DNA of 64,000 bases from Aulosira sp. ZfuVER01 (GCA_034530615.2 JAVRCV020000006.1:123125-187124); one strand, 5' to 3'. Numbered from the stretch's first letter, positions 51,621 through 62,332 are shown. The notes: generated from the sequence alone by a model not told the origin. Translations and numbers: made by a program.

Positions 51621-52174
51621 ATGACCACAACTCTTAGAAGAGGCGAAAGCGGCAATCAGTGGGATCGGTTTTCTCAATGGATTACTAGCACCGAAAATCG
51701 GCTTTATATTGGCTGGTTTGGTGTTTTAATGCTTCCCACTTTGTTGACCGCTACCATTTTTTATTGCCGCACCACCTGTCGATATTGACGGTATTCGGGA
51801 ACCAGTTTCTGGTTCTTTGCTCTACGGTAATAACATCATTACTGGTGCTGTTGTACCTACATCCAACGCCATCGGTTTGCACTTCTACCCGCTTTGGGAA
51901 GCAGCTTCGATGGATAAATGGCTCTACAACGGCGGTCCTTATCAGCTCATTGTCTTGTATCAGCACTATGGCATTTAATTTAAATGGGTTCAATTTTAAC
52001 CAATCAGTGCTGGATTCTCAAGGTCGTGTAGTTGGTACGTGGGTAGATGTAGTCAACCGTGCCAACCTAGGTATTGAAGTGATGCACGAGCGGAATGCTC
52101 ATAACTTCCCGCTAGATTTGGCTGGAGGTGAGGTAGTGCCTGTAGCTTTGCTTAATTCTGCAACTCATGGTTAA
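51621..52174 (+). pseudogene. psbA: psbA (D1) pseudogene with frameshift and large internal deletion
   Basis: [17 protein letters not shown]...[10 protein letters not shown]; frameshift near 51760; [14 protein letters not shown]...GGPYQLIVL joined near 51957 to [10 protein letters not shown]...[14 protein letters not shown]. Confidence 0.95.
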
Positions 52175-52196
52175 TACTAGGTTAATATAAATTAAC

Positions 52197-52225
52197 AGCG
52201 CCCTCTGACTAGAGGGCGCTTTTTT
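52197..52225 (+). terminator. Rho-independent terminator of psbA
   Basis: AGCGCCCTCT-gact-AGAGGGCGCT followed by TTTTT. Confidence 0.85.
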
Positions 52226-52450
52226 CATGAAATCACAGATAAACTCAGAGCAACAAAAGCAGTTTACACAAGGGTTTACCGTACTCTGCTTTGTAGTTGA
52301 GAGGATGGAACAGCAAAAATAGCTGGTGTCGCTGAGTACATTTACAAAATTGTGGCTCGCTTACATTAGTAAAATATGACATTTAAGATTTCAAGAGTTT
52401 TTTAATAATCAATTCAATATAAGATCTGAAATTTAAAATCTAAAACCAAA

Positions 52451-53842
52451 ATGGCAGACCTTACTCCTAATTCTAGTTTTAGTTTGACGCTCCGCTTGCA
52501 GATTCCTAATCGTGTGGGGATGCTGGCGTCAGTCACCCAGGCGATCGCAGCTAATGGCGGCCTACTAGGACAAATTGATTTAATCGAACAAACCCGCAAA
52601 GATTCGATCCGCGATATTACAGTGGATGCAGCTAGTACCGAACAAGCTGAAACCATTGCGCAAGCGGTCAAAGCATTACCAGAAATTCAAATGCTGAATG
52701 TGTACGATCGCACTTTTAATTTGCATCGTGGCGGTAAAATCAGCATTACTAGTAGAATTCCCCTTAAGAGTGTTTCCGATCTGGCAATGGCTTACACCCC
52801 AGGGGTAGGTAGAATTTGTACAGCGATCGCGGCAAATCCAGACGAAGTTTATAACTTAACCATCAAAAAAAATACCGTTGCCATTGTCACTGATGGTAGT
52901 GCGGTTTTGGGTTTAGGAAATCTTGGCCCGGCGGCTGCTTTACCTGTGATGGAAGGGAAAGCGATGCTGTTCAAAGAATTTGCGGGGATTGATGCTTTCC
53001 CCATCTGCTTGGCAACTCAAGATACAGATGAGATTGTGCGGACAGTCAAAAATATTGCTCCCGTATTTGGCGGTGTTAATTTAGAGGATATCGCCGCCCC
53101 GCGCTGCTTTGAGATTGAAGAGAGACTGCGACGGGAATTGAATATTCCTGTGTTTCATGATGACCAACATGGTACGGCAATTGTTACCTTGGCAGCGTTA
53201 TTTAATGCCTTGAAATTAGTACATAAGTCAATGGCAGAAATACGGATTGTGATTAACGGCGCTGGGGCGGCGGGAGTTGCGATCGCGCGGTTACTGCGCA
53301 AAGCTGGGGCAGAAAAAATTTGGATGTGCGACTCTAAGGGTATTCTCTCCACCAGTCGTACCGACCTCACAGAAGAAAAACGCGAATTTGCAGTTAAAGC
53401 CCAAGGTACTCTCGCTGGCGCAATGCAAGGCGCAGATGTATTTATTGGTGTGAGTGTACCAGGTGTTTTGACAGTAGAAATGGTGCAATCAATGGCGAAA
53501 GATCCAATTGTGTTTGCAATGGCAAATCCAATTCCCGAAATTCAGCCAGAGTTAGTCACAAAGGATGTTGCTGTCATGGCTACTGGTCGCAGCGATTACC
53601 CCAATCAAATCAATAATGTTCTTGCTTTTCCGGGGGTCTTCCGTGGTGCTTTAGATTGTCAGGCACAGACAATTACTGCCACCATGTATCTAGAAGCTGC
53701 AAGTGCGATCGCATCTTTAGTTAAGCCTTCAGATTTGGATCGAGAACATATTATTCCTTCAGTTTTTGATGAGCGCGTTGTTACTGCGGTTGCTGCTGCT
53801 GTGCAACAAGCCGCGCGTCAAGAAGGTGTTGCTCAGAGTTAA
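52451..53842 (+). CDS. NAD(P)-dependent malic enzyme with N-terminal ACT domain
   Basis: [40 protein letters not shown]. Confidence 0.93.
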   Translation: MADLTPNSSFSLTLRLQIPNRVGMLASVTQAIAANGGLLGQIDLIEQTRKDSIRDITVDAASTEQAETIAQAVKALPEIQMLNVYDRTFNLHRGGKISITSRIPLKSVSDLAMAYTPGVGRICTAIAANPDEVYNLTIKKNTVAIVTDGSAVLGLGNLGPAAALPVMEGKAMLFKEFAGIDAFPICLATQDTDEIVRTVKNIAPVFGGVNLEDIAAPRCFEIEERLRRELNIPVFHDDQHGTAIVTLAALFNALKLVHKSMAEIRIVINGAGAAGVAIARLLRKAGAEKIWMCDSKGILSTSRTDLTEEKREFAVKAQGTLAGAMQGADVFIGVSVPGVLTVEMVQSMAKDPIVFAMANPIPEIQPELVTKDVAVMATGRSDYPNQINNVLAFPGVFRGALDCQAQTITATMYLEAASAIASLVKPSDLDREHIIPSVFDERVVTAVAAAVQQAARQEGVAQS

Positions 53843-53976
53843 TAAATTTAGGGGATGGGCATCTTGTTCCATCCCTGTGACATTTAGCATTGCAATTCAG
53901 TGTGTAATAAGTAGATCGGCTTTTTACGGTGACTTGTAATTAAGCTAAACTGACTACTTATTGAATTTGATGATTT

Positions 53977-54891
53977 ATGAACCTTAAACGTCGTCAATTT
54001 TTATTGTTAAGTAGCCTTAGCGCGATCGGTACAGGATTAGGCTGGATATTAAGTAAGCAAAGTAATCAAAGCGCTGATTTTGCTGGATCCGATACAGCGA
54101 TCGCCGCCAATCCCCTCAAAAAAGGCTTACTACTACGTTTTGTCTCAGTTGCAGATACAGGCACTGGCGCTAAAGGACAATATGCCGTAGCTAGGGCGAT
54201 GACTCTTTATCAACAACAAAATCCTTACAATTTAGTAGTTTTAGCCGGAGATAACATTTACAACAACGGTGAAATTGAAAAAATTGGCCAAGTGTTTGAG
54301 CGTCCTTATGGAGAATTACTCAAGCGAGGTGTGAAATTTCAAGCTTGCTTAGGTAATCACGATATTCGTACTGCCAATGGCGATTTGGAAGTTAAATATC
54401 CCGGCTTTAATATGAAGGGACGCTACTATACATTTAACCGAGGAAATGTACAATTTTTTGCCCTAGATACTAACGGTAATGCCGACTGGAAAAACCAGTT
54501 AACTTGGTTAGAAAAAGAATTAAGTCTGAGCAAAGCTTCCTGGAAAGTAGTATTTGGACACCATCCAATTTATGCATCTGGAGTCTATGGTAGTAATCCA
54601 GATTTTATTAAAACCTTTACTCTCCTATTCCAAAAATACGGAGTACAACTTTACATCAATGGGCATGAACACCATTATGAACGCACCCGTTCTATTAATG
54701 GCACAACTTACTTAATATGTGGAGCAGGTGCAGGTAATCGTCCTGTAGGTAAAAATGAGTGGACAGAATACTCTACTAGTAATTTAAGTTTTGCTGCCTA
54801 TGAGGTGTATGCAGATAGAATAGAGTTAAGTGGTATTGGTACTGATAACCGCGTTTTTGACAAGGGTATTATTCAGTTGAAATCAGCTTAA
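53977..54891 (+). CDS. Tat-exported metallophosphoesterase (acid phosphatase-like)
   Basis: KRRQFL signal; ADTG, GDNIY, GNHD, GHHP, GHEHHYER. Confidence 0.9.
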   Translation: MNLKRRQFLLLSSLSAIGTGLGWILSKQSNQSADFAGSDTAIAANPLKKGLLLRFVSVADTGTGAKGQYAVARAMTLYQQQNPYNLVVLAGDNIYNNGEIEKIGQVFERPYGELLKRGVKFQACLGNHDIRTANGDLEVKYPGFNMKGRYYTFNRGNVQFFALDTNGNADWKNQLTWLEKELSLSKASWKVVFGHHPIYASGVYGSNPDFIKTFTLLFQKYGVQLYINGHEHHYERTRSINGTTYLICGAGAGNRPVGKNEWTEYSTSNLSFAAYEVYADRIELSGIGTDNRVFDKGIIQLKSA

Positions 54892-54912
54892 TACCTGGCT
54901 CTCTAGTTAGAT

Positions 54913-54933
54913 GTAGGGTGGGCAATGCCCACC
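54913..54933. repeat. GTAG-type REP-like palindrome
   Basis: GTAG-GGTGGGCA-a-TGCCCACC. Confidence 0.6.
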
Positions 54934-54963
54934 GAATAAATTACATACACTGTTGTTAAAAAT

Positions 54964-56361
54964 ATGAAAATCAAGCGCCTGAAAATGCAATCCTTCCGTG
55001 GAATTGGGGATTTGACGCTAGATTTCGATGAAATCGAGCCAACAGTACTGATTGGTATCAACGGTGTAGGTAAATCGACTATTCTTGATTGTTTAGCTAT
55101 TCTTCTATCACAAGTTACAGGGCAGATTCAGGACTCTCTTGATGCGTTACGTTTTTTTAGTAACTTAGATGTTATGAATGGACGTGACAGAACGAAAAAT
55201 ACAATTACTGTTTTACTAGACTTCCAAGAATTAACATGGTCGCTCTCGGATGGACAATCAACAAATAATATTGATGCTAATCCTTTTAACTTGGAAGCAT
55301 ATATTCAAGAAATTTCTGAGTTAGAAATAAAAGTTAGAAGTAAGCTTAAAAATTATACAGAGTCCAAGAGCCTGTTACTACAAATTGAGAATCTTCGTAA
55401 GAGGATAGAAACTGAAATACGTAGCAAATTAGTAGAAGATTTAAAAACAGTCCTTGAAAAGTTAAAACATCAGTTAGAAACCATTCCTAATGCTAATATT
55501 CCTTTAGCAGTCTACTATCCAGTCAATCGTGCTGTTATTGATATGCCTCTTGAGATTTCAGAAGCATCTTCGTTTAAACAAGTAGATGCTTATGAGCAGT
55601 CACTTAAGGGAGGAAGAATTGATTTCAAAAAATTTTTTGAGTGGTTTAGAAATCGAGAAGATCTAGAGAATGAAAAGCGGAGAGATAGTCCTAATTATCG
55701 AGATAAACACTTAGAAGCTGTAAGGCAGGCAATTGTATTATTAATACCAGATTTTTCTAACTTACGTGTTGAGCGTTCTCCTCTGCGAATGACTGTGAAA
55801 AAACAAGGTGAAGAACTCATTGTTAATCAGCTATCTGATGGTGAGAAATGCTTATTAGCAATGGTAGGAGATTTAGCAAGACGTTTGGCAATAGCTAACC
55901 CAGGTTTATCAGAACCACTCCAAGGTAGTGGAGTTATTTTAATTGATGAAATTGAATTACACTTACACCCAAAATGGCAACGAGAAATTATTACAGCTTT
56001 AACTAGAACGTTCCCCAATTGTCAATTTATTGTGACTACTCATTCCCCACAGGTTATTAGCCATGTCAAACCTGAAGGAATTTATATTTTAGAAAAGACT
56101 GATAATGGTGTTATCGCCAAACGTCCAGAAAGTTCTTTTGGCAGAGATAGCAATCGTATTCTAGAAGATCTCATGGATGTTCCAGAACGTCCACAAGAAA
56201 TCAAGACAAGTCTGTTAGAATTGTTTAGACTGATTGATGCAGGAAATCTCGAAGGCGCAAGAAAATTGCGTCAAGAGTTAGCAGCCGAGATAGGAGCAGA
56301 TGAACCGGAGTTTGTTCGAGCAGATGTACTCATCCGCCGGAAGGAAATTCTCAATCGATGA
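54964..56361 (+). CDS. ptuA: ABC-type ATPase, PtuA-like (Septu / retron Ec78 effector family)
   Basis: SFRGI, GINGVGKST, LSDGEK, GDLARRL, LIDEIELHLHPKWQ, TTHSPQ, GRDSNRIL. Confidence 0.8.
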   Translation: MKIKRLKMQSFRGIGDLTLDFDEIEPTVLIGINGVGKSTILDCLAILLSQVTGQIQDSLDALRFFSNLDVMNGRDRTKNTITVLLDFQELTWSLSDGQSTNNIDANPFNLEAYIQEISELEIKVRSKLKNYTESKSLLLQIENLRKRIETEIRSKLVEDLKTVLEKLKHQLETIPNANIPLAVYYPVNRAVIDMPLEISEASSFKQVDAYEQSLKGGRIDFKKFFEWFRNREDLENEKRRDSPNYRDKHLEAVRQAIVLLIPDFSNLRVERSPLRMTVKKQGEELIVNQLSDGEKCLLAMVGDLARRLAIANPGLSEPLQGSGVILIDEIELHLHPKWQREIITALTRTFPNCQFIVTTHSPQVISHVKPEGIYILEKTDNGVIAKRPESSFGRDSNRILEDLMDVPERPQEIKTSLLELFRLIDAGNLEGARKLRQELAAEIGADEPEFVRADVLIRRKEILNR

Positions 56362-57008
56362 AGTACATCAAAAAGAATCATGAGCCGAAAAAGTTCAGTG
56401 ATTGGAAGGCTTTAGAAAATGATGATTGGAAACCTAATTGGGATGATAATTTCCAAAAACCTGAAAAAGTAATTGTGCATGATTCTCTGCTACAAGAACA
56501 GGGATATATTTGTTCTTATTGTGGAATGCGGATTGCAAGAGCAATGAGTCATATAGAACATCTCAAGCCTCGTACTACCTATCCACATTTGGCGCTAGAT
56601 TACACAAATCTTATCGCTTCATGTCAAGGAGAAAGTGAAGAACCGCCTCCCGTTCCCGTTCATTGTGGGCATCAGAAAAAGTATTGGTACGATGAGCATC
56701 TGATGGTTTCACCTCTGAAAGTAAACTGCGCTGAGTGCTTTAAATATCCTGCATCCGGTGAAATTCAACCAACAGATGATCCAGCTAAACAAGCAGCTGC
56801 TGAAACAACAATTGAGAAGCTAGCGCTCAATATTAACAAGCTGCAAAATATGCGGAAAGTAGCAATTGATGCTGCATTACTGGATATTGAAGATTTTACT
56901 GATGCAGAAATACAGCAGCTTGCTGAAGGTTATGAGCAACTTGATATTAACGGACAATATACTCCGTTTTGTGCTGCAATTATCTATTTACTGAAGAATT
57001 ATTTTTAA
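56358..57008 (+). CDS. ptuB: HNH endonuclease, PtuB-like
   Basis: EQGYICSYC, HIEHLKP, LDYTNL.ASC, HCG..K; ATGA overlap with the ATPase. Confidence 0.8.
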   Translation: MKYIKKNHEPKKFSDWKALENDDWKPNWDDNFQKPEKVIVHDSLLQEQGYICSYCGMRIARAMSHIEHLKPRTTYPHLALDYTNLIASCQGESEEPPPVPVHCGHQKKYWYDEHLMVSPLKVNCAECFKYPASGEIQPTDDPAKQAAAETTIEKLALNINKLQNMRKVAIDAALLDIEDFTDAEIQQLAEGYEQLDINGQYTPFCAAIIYLLKNYF

Positions 57009-57074
57009 TCTGCTATGGTGTACACGATCGCACTATAGTAAAAAGCGTAATCTTCAGTTTACAGGAAATAGTTT

Positions 57075-57362
57075 ATGATTCTTGAGGCAGTGATGCTTCA
57101 TGTCAAATCTGGGTTGGAATCTGAATTTGAATCTGCTTTCAAAAAAGCTTCCAAGATAATTTCATCAATGAATGGATATTTATCCCACGAACTCCATCGC
57201 TGCATAGAAGTTAAGGGTAAATATCTATTACTTGTTAGATGGGAAACTTTAGAATCTCATACTGTTGGATTTAGAAGTTCTGTCGAGTATCAAGAGTGGA
57301 AAAAGTTGCTGCACCATTTTTATGAGCCATTTCCCACTGTTGAACACTTTGAAAGAGTTTAA
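57075..57362 (+). CDS. Antibiotic biosynthesis monooxygenase (ABM) family protein
   Basis: FESAF, GYLSHEL, LLVRWETLESH..GFR.S..YQEW. Confidence 0.85.
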   Translation: MILEAVMLHVKSGLESEFESAFKKASKIISSMNGYLSHELHRCIEVKGKYLLLVRWETLESHTVGFRSSVEYQEWKKLLHHFYEPFPTVEHFERV

Positions 57363-57388
57363 ATTTAGCTAATGCACCCTGAATTGTC

Positions 57389-59701
57389 TCAATCTACTTT
57401 TTGCAATTGCGCTATTCTGGGGTCGATAATTTTTTGCCCCAAATTAGCAAATTTGATTGCTACAGAAAGCTTATTACCTTCCCCAAAAATATGGGTAATT
57501 TCACCAATACCAAAAGCTTTATGTAAAACGCGATCGCCTACTTTCCAATTCTGCTTACCATTGCTGACAGCAGTAGATTTAGTATAGGTTTGACGAATCT
57601 TATTGCCAGTTGTTAATAATTCTTCTGGTACTTCGTCCAAAAATTGCGATCGCATCGCCGGTTCACGAGAACCATAGAGGCGGCGTTCGCGAGCGTGTGA
57701 TAAATATAACCGTTCCTGGGCGCGGGTAATCCCTACATAACACAGGCGGCGTTCTTCTTCTAAAGATGCAGGATCGCTCAGTGAACGGTAGCCGGGAAAT
57801 AGTCCTTGTTCTAATCCCACCAAAAAGACTACGGGAAATTCCAGACCTTTGGAAGCGTGCAAAGTCATTAAAGATACTGCTGTTTGCCCTTCTTTTAAAT
57901 TATCCAAATCGGAACTGAGGGCAGTACTTTGTAAGAATCCTTGCAGGGTAGCATCTTCATTCTCTTCTTGGAATTGCAGTACGGCGTTGTAAAGTTCTTG
58001 AACGTTTTGAATTCTATCTTGCGATTCATCCGTACCCTGGCTTAGTAAGTCTTGTACATAACCAGACTCTTCAAGTATACCTTGAACAATTTCCGCAGCG
58101 GGAAGCGTTCCTACTTCTCCTTGCCAACGGTTGATCATTTCCGCAAAACCTTTCACCGATTTAGCACCACGTCCAGCTAAGGTATTAACTGATGTCTCGT
58201 CTGACAATATTTCCCAAAGAGTTGTACCTAATTGTTGAGAAGCGTTAATCAACGCATCAATGGTTGCTTTGCCAATACCACGCCGGGGAGTATTAATAAC
58301 TCGCAACAAACTTACAGTATCAGCAGGATTAGTGATCGCTCTTAAATAAGCTATAACATCTTTAATTTCTTTGCGATCGTAAAATCTCATCCCTCCCACA
58401 ACTGTGTAAGGAATTTGATATTTCACCAAAAGTTCTTCAAAGGGACGAGATTGAGCATTTGTACGGTAAAGTATTGCAAAACTGCCCCAGTTTAGTTCTG
58501 GGTTTTGAGATTCTAAAGAGCGAATTTGATGAATAATAAAATCGGCTTCGTCTAGTTCATTATCAGCTTTGTGACAATAAATTTGCTCACCCGCACCCCT
58601 AGTTGGCTTGAGGATTTTATCAATTCTTTGGGTATTATTTTCAATCAGTTCGTTAGCAGCTTGCAGAATGTTTTCACAAGAGCGATAGTTTTCTTCTAGC
58701 TTCACCATTGTTCTGGTATCGTCATCAGATAAACCGTCGCCAAAATCATTCTGAAATTCCAGCAAGATGGTGAAATCAGCCATTCTAAATGAGTAAATTG
58801 ACTGGTCTGCATCACCTACAACAAACACTGAGCGATTTTGCCATTTCCATTCACTCTTTCTATCTTCGCCATTTGTTACTAACAGGCGGATGAGGTCATA
58901 CTGAGTGCGATTAGTATCCTGATATTCATCTACAAGAATATGGGAGAATTTGCGATGCCAGTAAGCTAGAACTTGTTCATTCTGCTGAAAGAGTTTAGTA
59001 GGAATAAGAATTAGATCGTCAAAATCGAGAGCGTTATTTGCTGCTAGCCTATCTTGATAGGAACTATAAACTTGAGCGATTACCCTGCCGCGATAATTAA
59101 GTTGCTCGCTCTCAAATTCTTGGGGGGAGAAGCCTTGATTTTTTGCATTACTAATTGCATAACGCATAGAACGATGGTCAAACTTTTTATCGTCTAAGTT
59201 TAGCTGTTTAGTAACAATCTCTTTGACCAAGCTTTGAGCATCAGATTCGTCAAATATAGAGAAATTTTTACTCCAACGACGGCCTTTTTCATCTTGGTAC
59301 TTCTCAATATCAAAGCGCAGGATGCGGGAAAACAGACTATGAAAAGTACCGCACCATAAATCTTTGATTGTCTCTCGGTAGACTTGCGATCGCAGTTTAG
59401 TTTGTTGGTATTCTGTCAACAAATCAAAACGCTGACCATATTCCGACATAGCCAACTGTTCGGCAAATATCTTTTGAATCCGTTCTTTCATCTCCCTAGC
59501 AGCTTTGTTAGTAAAAGTCACCGCCAAGATATTTTCGGGAGCTACACGGTGTTTGATAATTAGATTAGCAATTCGATAAGTCAAAGCTCGGGTTTTACCG
59601 GAACCTGCACCAGCCACAACTAGCAGCGGGCCGCAGTGATGTTCTACAGCTTGACGTTGGCTGGGGTTAAGGTGGCTAAGGAAGTCAATAGTTGTGGACA
59701 T
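57389..59701 (-). CDS. pcrA: ATP-dependent DNA helicase PcrA/UvrD
   Basis: AGAGSGKT, TFTNKAA, VDEYQDTN, GDADQSIY, TLHASKGLEF, EERRLCYVGITRA. Confidence 0.95.
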   Translation of the reverse strand: MSTTIDFLSHLNPSQRQAVEHHCGPLLVVAGAGSGKTRALTYRIANLIIKHRVAPENILAVTFTNKAAREMKERIQKIFAEQLAMSEYGQRFDLLTEYQQTKLRSQVYRETIKDLWCGTFHSLFSRILRFDIEKYQDEKGRRWSKNFSIFDESDAQSLVKEIVTKQLNLDDKKFDHRSMRYAISNAKNQGFSPQEFESEQLNYRGRVIAQVYSSYQDRLAANNALDFDDLILIPTKLFQQNEQVLAYWHRKFSHILVDEYQDTNRTQYDLIRLLVTNGEDRKSEWKWQNRSVFVVGDADQSIYSFRMADFTILLEFQNDFGDGLSDDDTRTMVKLEENYRSCENILQAANELIENNTQRIDKILKPTRGAGEQIYCHKADNELDEADFIIHQIRSLESQNPELNWGSFAILYRTNAQSRPFEELLVKYQIPYTVVGGMRFYDRKEIKDVIAYLRAITNPADTVSLLRVINTPRRGIGKATIDALINASQQLGTTLWEILSDETSVNTLAGRGAKSVKGFAEMINRWQGEVGTLPAAEIVQGILEESGYVQDLLSQGTDESQDRIQNVQELYNAVLQFQEENEDATLQGFLQSTALSSDLDNLKEGQTAVSLMTLHASKGLEFPVVFLVGLEQGLFPGYRSLSDPASLEEERRLCYVGITRAQERLYLSHARERRLYGSREPAMRSQFLDEVPEELLTTGNKIRQTYTKSTAVSNGKQNWKVGDRVLHKAFGIGEITHIFGEGNKLSVAIKFANLGQKIIDPRIAQLQKVD

Positions 59702-59885
59702 GGGTGTGAGGAGTTGATATGACTAAAACGCAAGCCGCAGCGATCGCATAGTATCTCTTCGTAGAGAGTCGCTGCTAGTCAATTGGTATTTTAACGTGAG
59801 TTTAACGAACTAAAAAAAGCAGGAGGCAAAGCAGATAAGCCTTTTGGGAAAATATCAAGGGAGGGTTGGTGAATTAGCTCGGCAT

Positions 59886-62246
59886 TTATAAGACAGAAGA
59901 CTTGTTTTCTGCAGCTTGGATAAAAGCTTCAAAATCACTACCAGGTGTCCATTGAATAGCGCCATCCCTTCCTGTAAAGAAAAGTTTCGTTTGGCTTTGA
60001 CTGATTTCAGATAGAAATTTTGGCTCAAGTTCGGCAGAAGTTGCGATCGCAATTTGTGGTTGTAAGGCTAAAACTAAATCTTTCAAAGATTCAGGGACGC
60101 ACCATAATATTTGTGGACGAGCTAAACCCCCAGACTTGACTAACTGTGCTATCTCTTTAGACTTGAGATTACCTACTAGTAACCAATTTTGTCCTTGAAT
60201 TTGCAATTGTAAAATTGGTAATTGGTCATTAATTAATTGCGCTACTACTGGGCCAGCAGTCATGGCTTGGCCAACTGCTAAAGGTTGAAAAATCCCCTGA
60301 CGCTTTTGAATTTCTTGTTGAATTACCTGAGTCTCAATGACGTTTTCTAGCTTGGGTGGATATGTATAAAAATTTTTGATTGGTAAACGTTGCACCACTT
60401 CCAACCAACCGCTACTTTCACGATCTTGGAAATCAGTTGCGATCGCCCAATCAATTTGGTTTACACCTTGCTGTTGTAAAAACGGTAGGATTGTAAAGCG
60501 TCCTGTATCTTCATCGCCACTATTAATTAAGGTGACTGTTCCTCGGTCTTGGATTACCACAACTGGTTCTGCGCCTGCTGCAAGTACAGTGATTCTAAAT
60601 AAACTGTTGGCAGAATGCCAAACTGGAATCAGTATTAAACCTAAGGCCATACAACTAGCAAACCACCAGCGTTGTCGCCACCAACGCACCAGCACAACCA
60701 AGGAAATCAGTGTATAAAGAGCCAACATCTGCCAGGGAGATATACTGCCAACAGCTATTGAGTTTCCTGGTAATTTGCTAAAAAATTCTACTAATTTGAT
60801 GAGCCAATCAGCGGGGTAATGCAACACTCCTGCTAACACACTTCCTGCTTCCGGCCAAATCAATGCTGCTAAGGCACTTATAATTCCACCAATACTGAGA
60901 ATAGAAATGAATGGGGTGCTAATAATATTGAGCAGCAGACTGTAAGAAGGCACAACCCCAAAGACGAATAGTTGCAAGGGTAAAGTCCAAATCGTAGCAG
61001 CTAAAGGAACAGCAATCAAAGATGCGATCGCAGGTGGTAGCCAACCCAAGCGTTGAACTATTGGTGGTACCGTCACAATTAATCCCAGCGTTGCTAAAAA
61101 GCTCAGTTGAAACCCTAAATCCCAAATCCATAAAGGGTTAAATAACAATAATAAAGTCGCCGCCAGTAGCAGTGACCCTAATTGTTTTACCTTCCTTTTT
61201 AAAGCTAGTCCTACTAATGCTGCAAAACCCATGATTACGGCTCTCAGCACCGCAGGCTGAAAACCCGTTAAACTCAGGAAAATAATTAAACCTAAAAAGC
61301 CAAGAGTAAATTGGGTTGCCTTTTTTGTACGCCTTGTTAACTGTAAAATCACACCCAAAATCAACGAAGTCTGAAACCCCGAAGCAGCCAAAGCATGGGC
61401 TAATCCAGCTTGGACAAACAGATCGCGGATATCATAAGGTAAATCAACAGCTTTGCTACCAAGAACCATCGCACTCAAAAGCGGCCCTTCCGGGATACCT
61501 AACCAGCGAACTTGCGATCGCACTATTCGCTCCCGAACTTGCCACAATCCCCACTTACGCTGCTCCTCATCTAAAATATTTATCTGTCTACCTGTTAAAC
61601 CAGCAAATGTCGCTTCTTGCTTGAGAAACTTCTGAAAGTCAAAAGCACCAGGGTTTGAAGCTGCTTTTGGTTTGTACAAAACTCCCGTTACAGCAATTTG
61701 TTGACCTGGGTATAAGCCAGTAGCCTGAAGTATCGGCACTGTCACATACAATTTACCCGTTACTCCTTTACTGGCACCTGCTGGTCCATCATCTTTTTTA
61801 ACTTCATCTATTTGAGTCGCTTCTAACCAAAATTGCCCTCGCTGACTGCGAGTTAAGCGAGGTGTACTTGCCACTTCACCACGGACAATTACAAGTTGTT
61901 CTTGATTACTACTATTTCCAGGTGGGACAAACTTACTAATATCTTTTGCTCCTGGTTCTGGCACTCGCCATTGAAAATATAGGGTAGCCAACAAACCTAC
62001 TAAACCAGCAGCTAGAACTACTCTAGGATCAAGAGTGCTTTGCCAGAAGCTAGATATTTGCTTGGTCTTCGTTCCAGCATTTTCTGCTTTTTGAGCAAGT
62101 TGCCGTGACTTGAGAGAACGTAATCGCAACACTACTGCGCCCACTATCCCTAAAACCAAAATCCATAAACCACCCCAAGGCACGGCTGTAAATAGTAGCC
62201 CCAGAATATAGCCCAGACAGATAATTACACCACCAGCCTGAATCAT
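59886..62246 (-). CDS. comEC: ComEC/Rec2 competence DNA uptake channel
   Basis: NPGAFDF, GLAHALAASG, PAVLRA..M, GFQLSFLA. Confidence 0.9.
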   Translation of the reverse strand: MIQAGGVIICLGYILGLLFTAVPWGGLWILVLGIVGAVVLRLRSLKSRQLAQKAENAGTKTKQISSFWQSTLDPRVVLAAGLVGLLATLYFQWRVPEPGAKDISKFVPPGNSSNQEQLVIVRGEVASTPRLTRSQRGQFWLEATQIDEVKKDDGPAGASKGVTGKLYVTVPILQATGLYPGQQIAVTGVLYKPKAASNPGAFDFQKFLKQEATFAGLTGRQINILDEEQRKWGLWQVRERIVRSQVRWLGIPEGPLLSAMVLGSKAVDLPYDIRDLFVQAGLAHALAASGFQTSLILGVILQLTRRTKKATQFTLGFLGLIIFLSLTGFQPAVLRAVIMGFAALVGLALKRKVKQLGSLLLAATLLLLFNPLWIWDLGFQLSFLATLGLIVTVPPIVQRLGWLPPAIASLIAVPLAATIWTLPLQLFVFGVVPSYSLLLNIISTPFISILSIGGIISALAALIWPEAGSVLAGVLHYPADWLIKLVEFFSKLPGNSIAVGSISPWQMLALYTLISLVVLVRWWRQRWWFASCMALGLILIPVWHSANSLFRITVLAAGAEPVVVIQDRGTVTLINSGDEDTGRFTILPFLQQQGVNQIDWAIATDFQDRESSGWLEVVQRLPIKNFYTYPPKLENVIETQVIQQEIQKRQGIFQPLAVGQAMTAGPVVAQLINDQLPILQLQIQGQNWLLVGNLKSKEIAQLVKSGGLARPQILWCVPESLKDLVLALQPQIAIATSAELEPKFLSEISQSQTKLFFTGRDGAIQWTPGSDFEAFIQAAENKSSVL

Positions 62247-62281
62247 AAGACTTCTAATAAAAGTATTTGCTGACTATAAAA

Positions 62282-62332
62282 TTAAACCCGCAGATGCGGG
62301 CTGTGTTTGTAGAGCCAGTGATTTCCAGTCTC
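62282..62332. repeat. Small dispersed repeat related to 34964-35014
   Basis: CCCGC-agat-GCGGG then CTGTGTTTGTAGAGCCAGTGATTTCCAGTCTC. Confidence 0.45.

Noticed and set aside
51474..52174. ORFs 51474-51677, 51751-51993 and 51764-52174 as real genes
   Set aside because: They are off-frame or antisense products of the psbA pseudogene
54892..57008. Retron (Ec78-like)
   Set aside because: No reverse transcriptase ORF in the window, and only about 70 bp upstream of the ATPase, holding a REP-like palindrome rather than msr-msd
869..61635. Numerous short ORFs overlapping or antisense to identified genes
   Set aside because: Shadow frames of well-supported CDSs with no independent motifs
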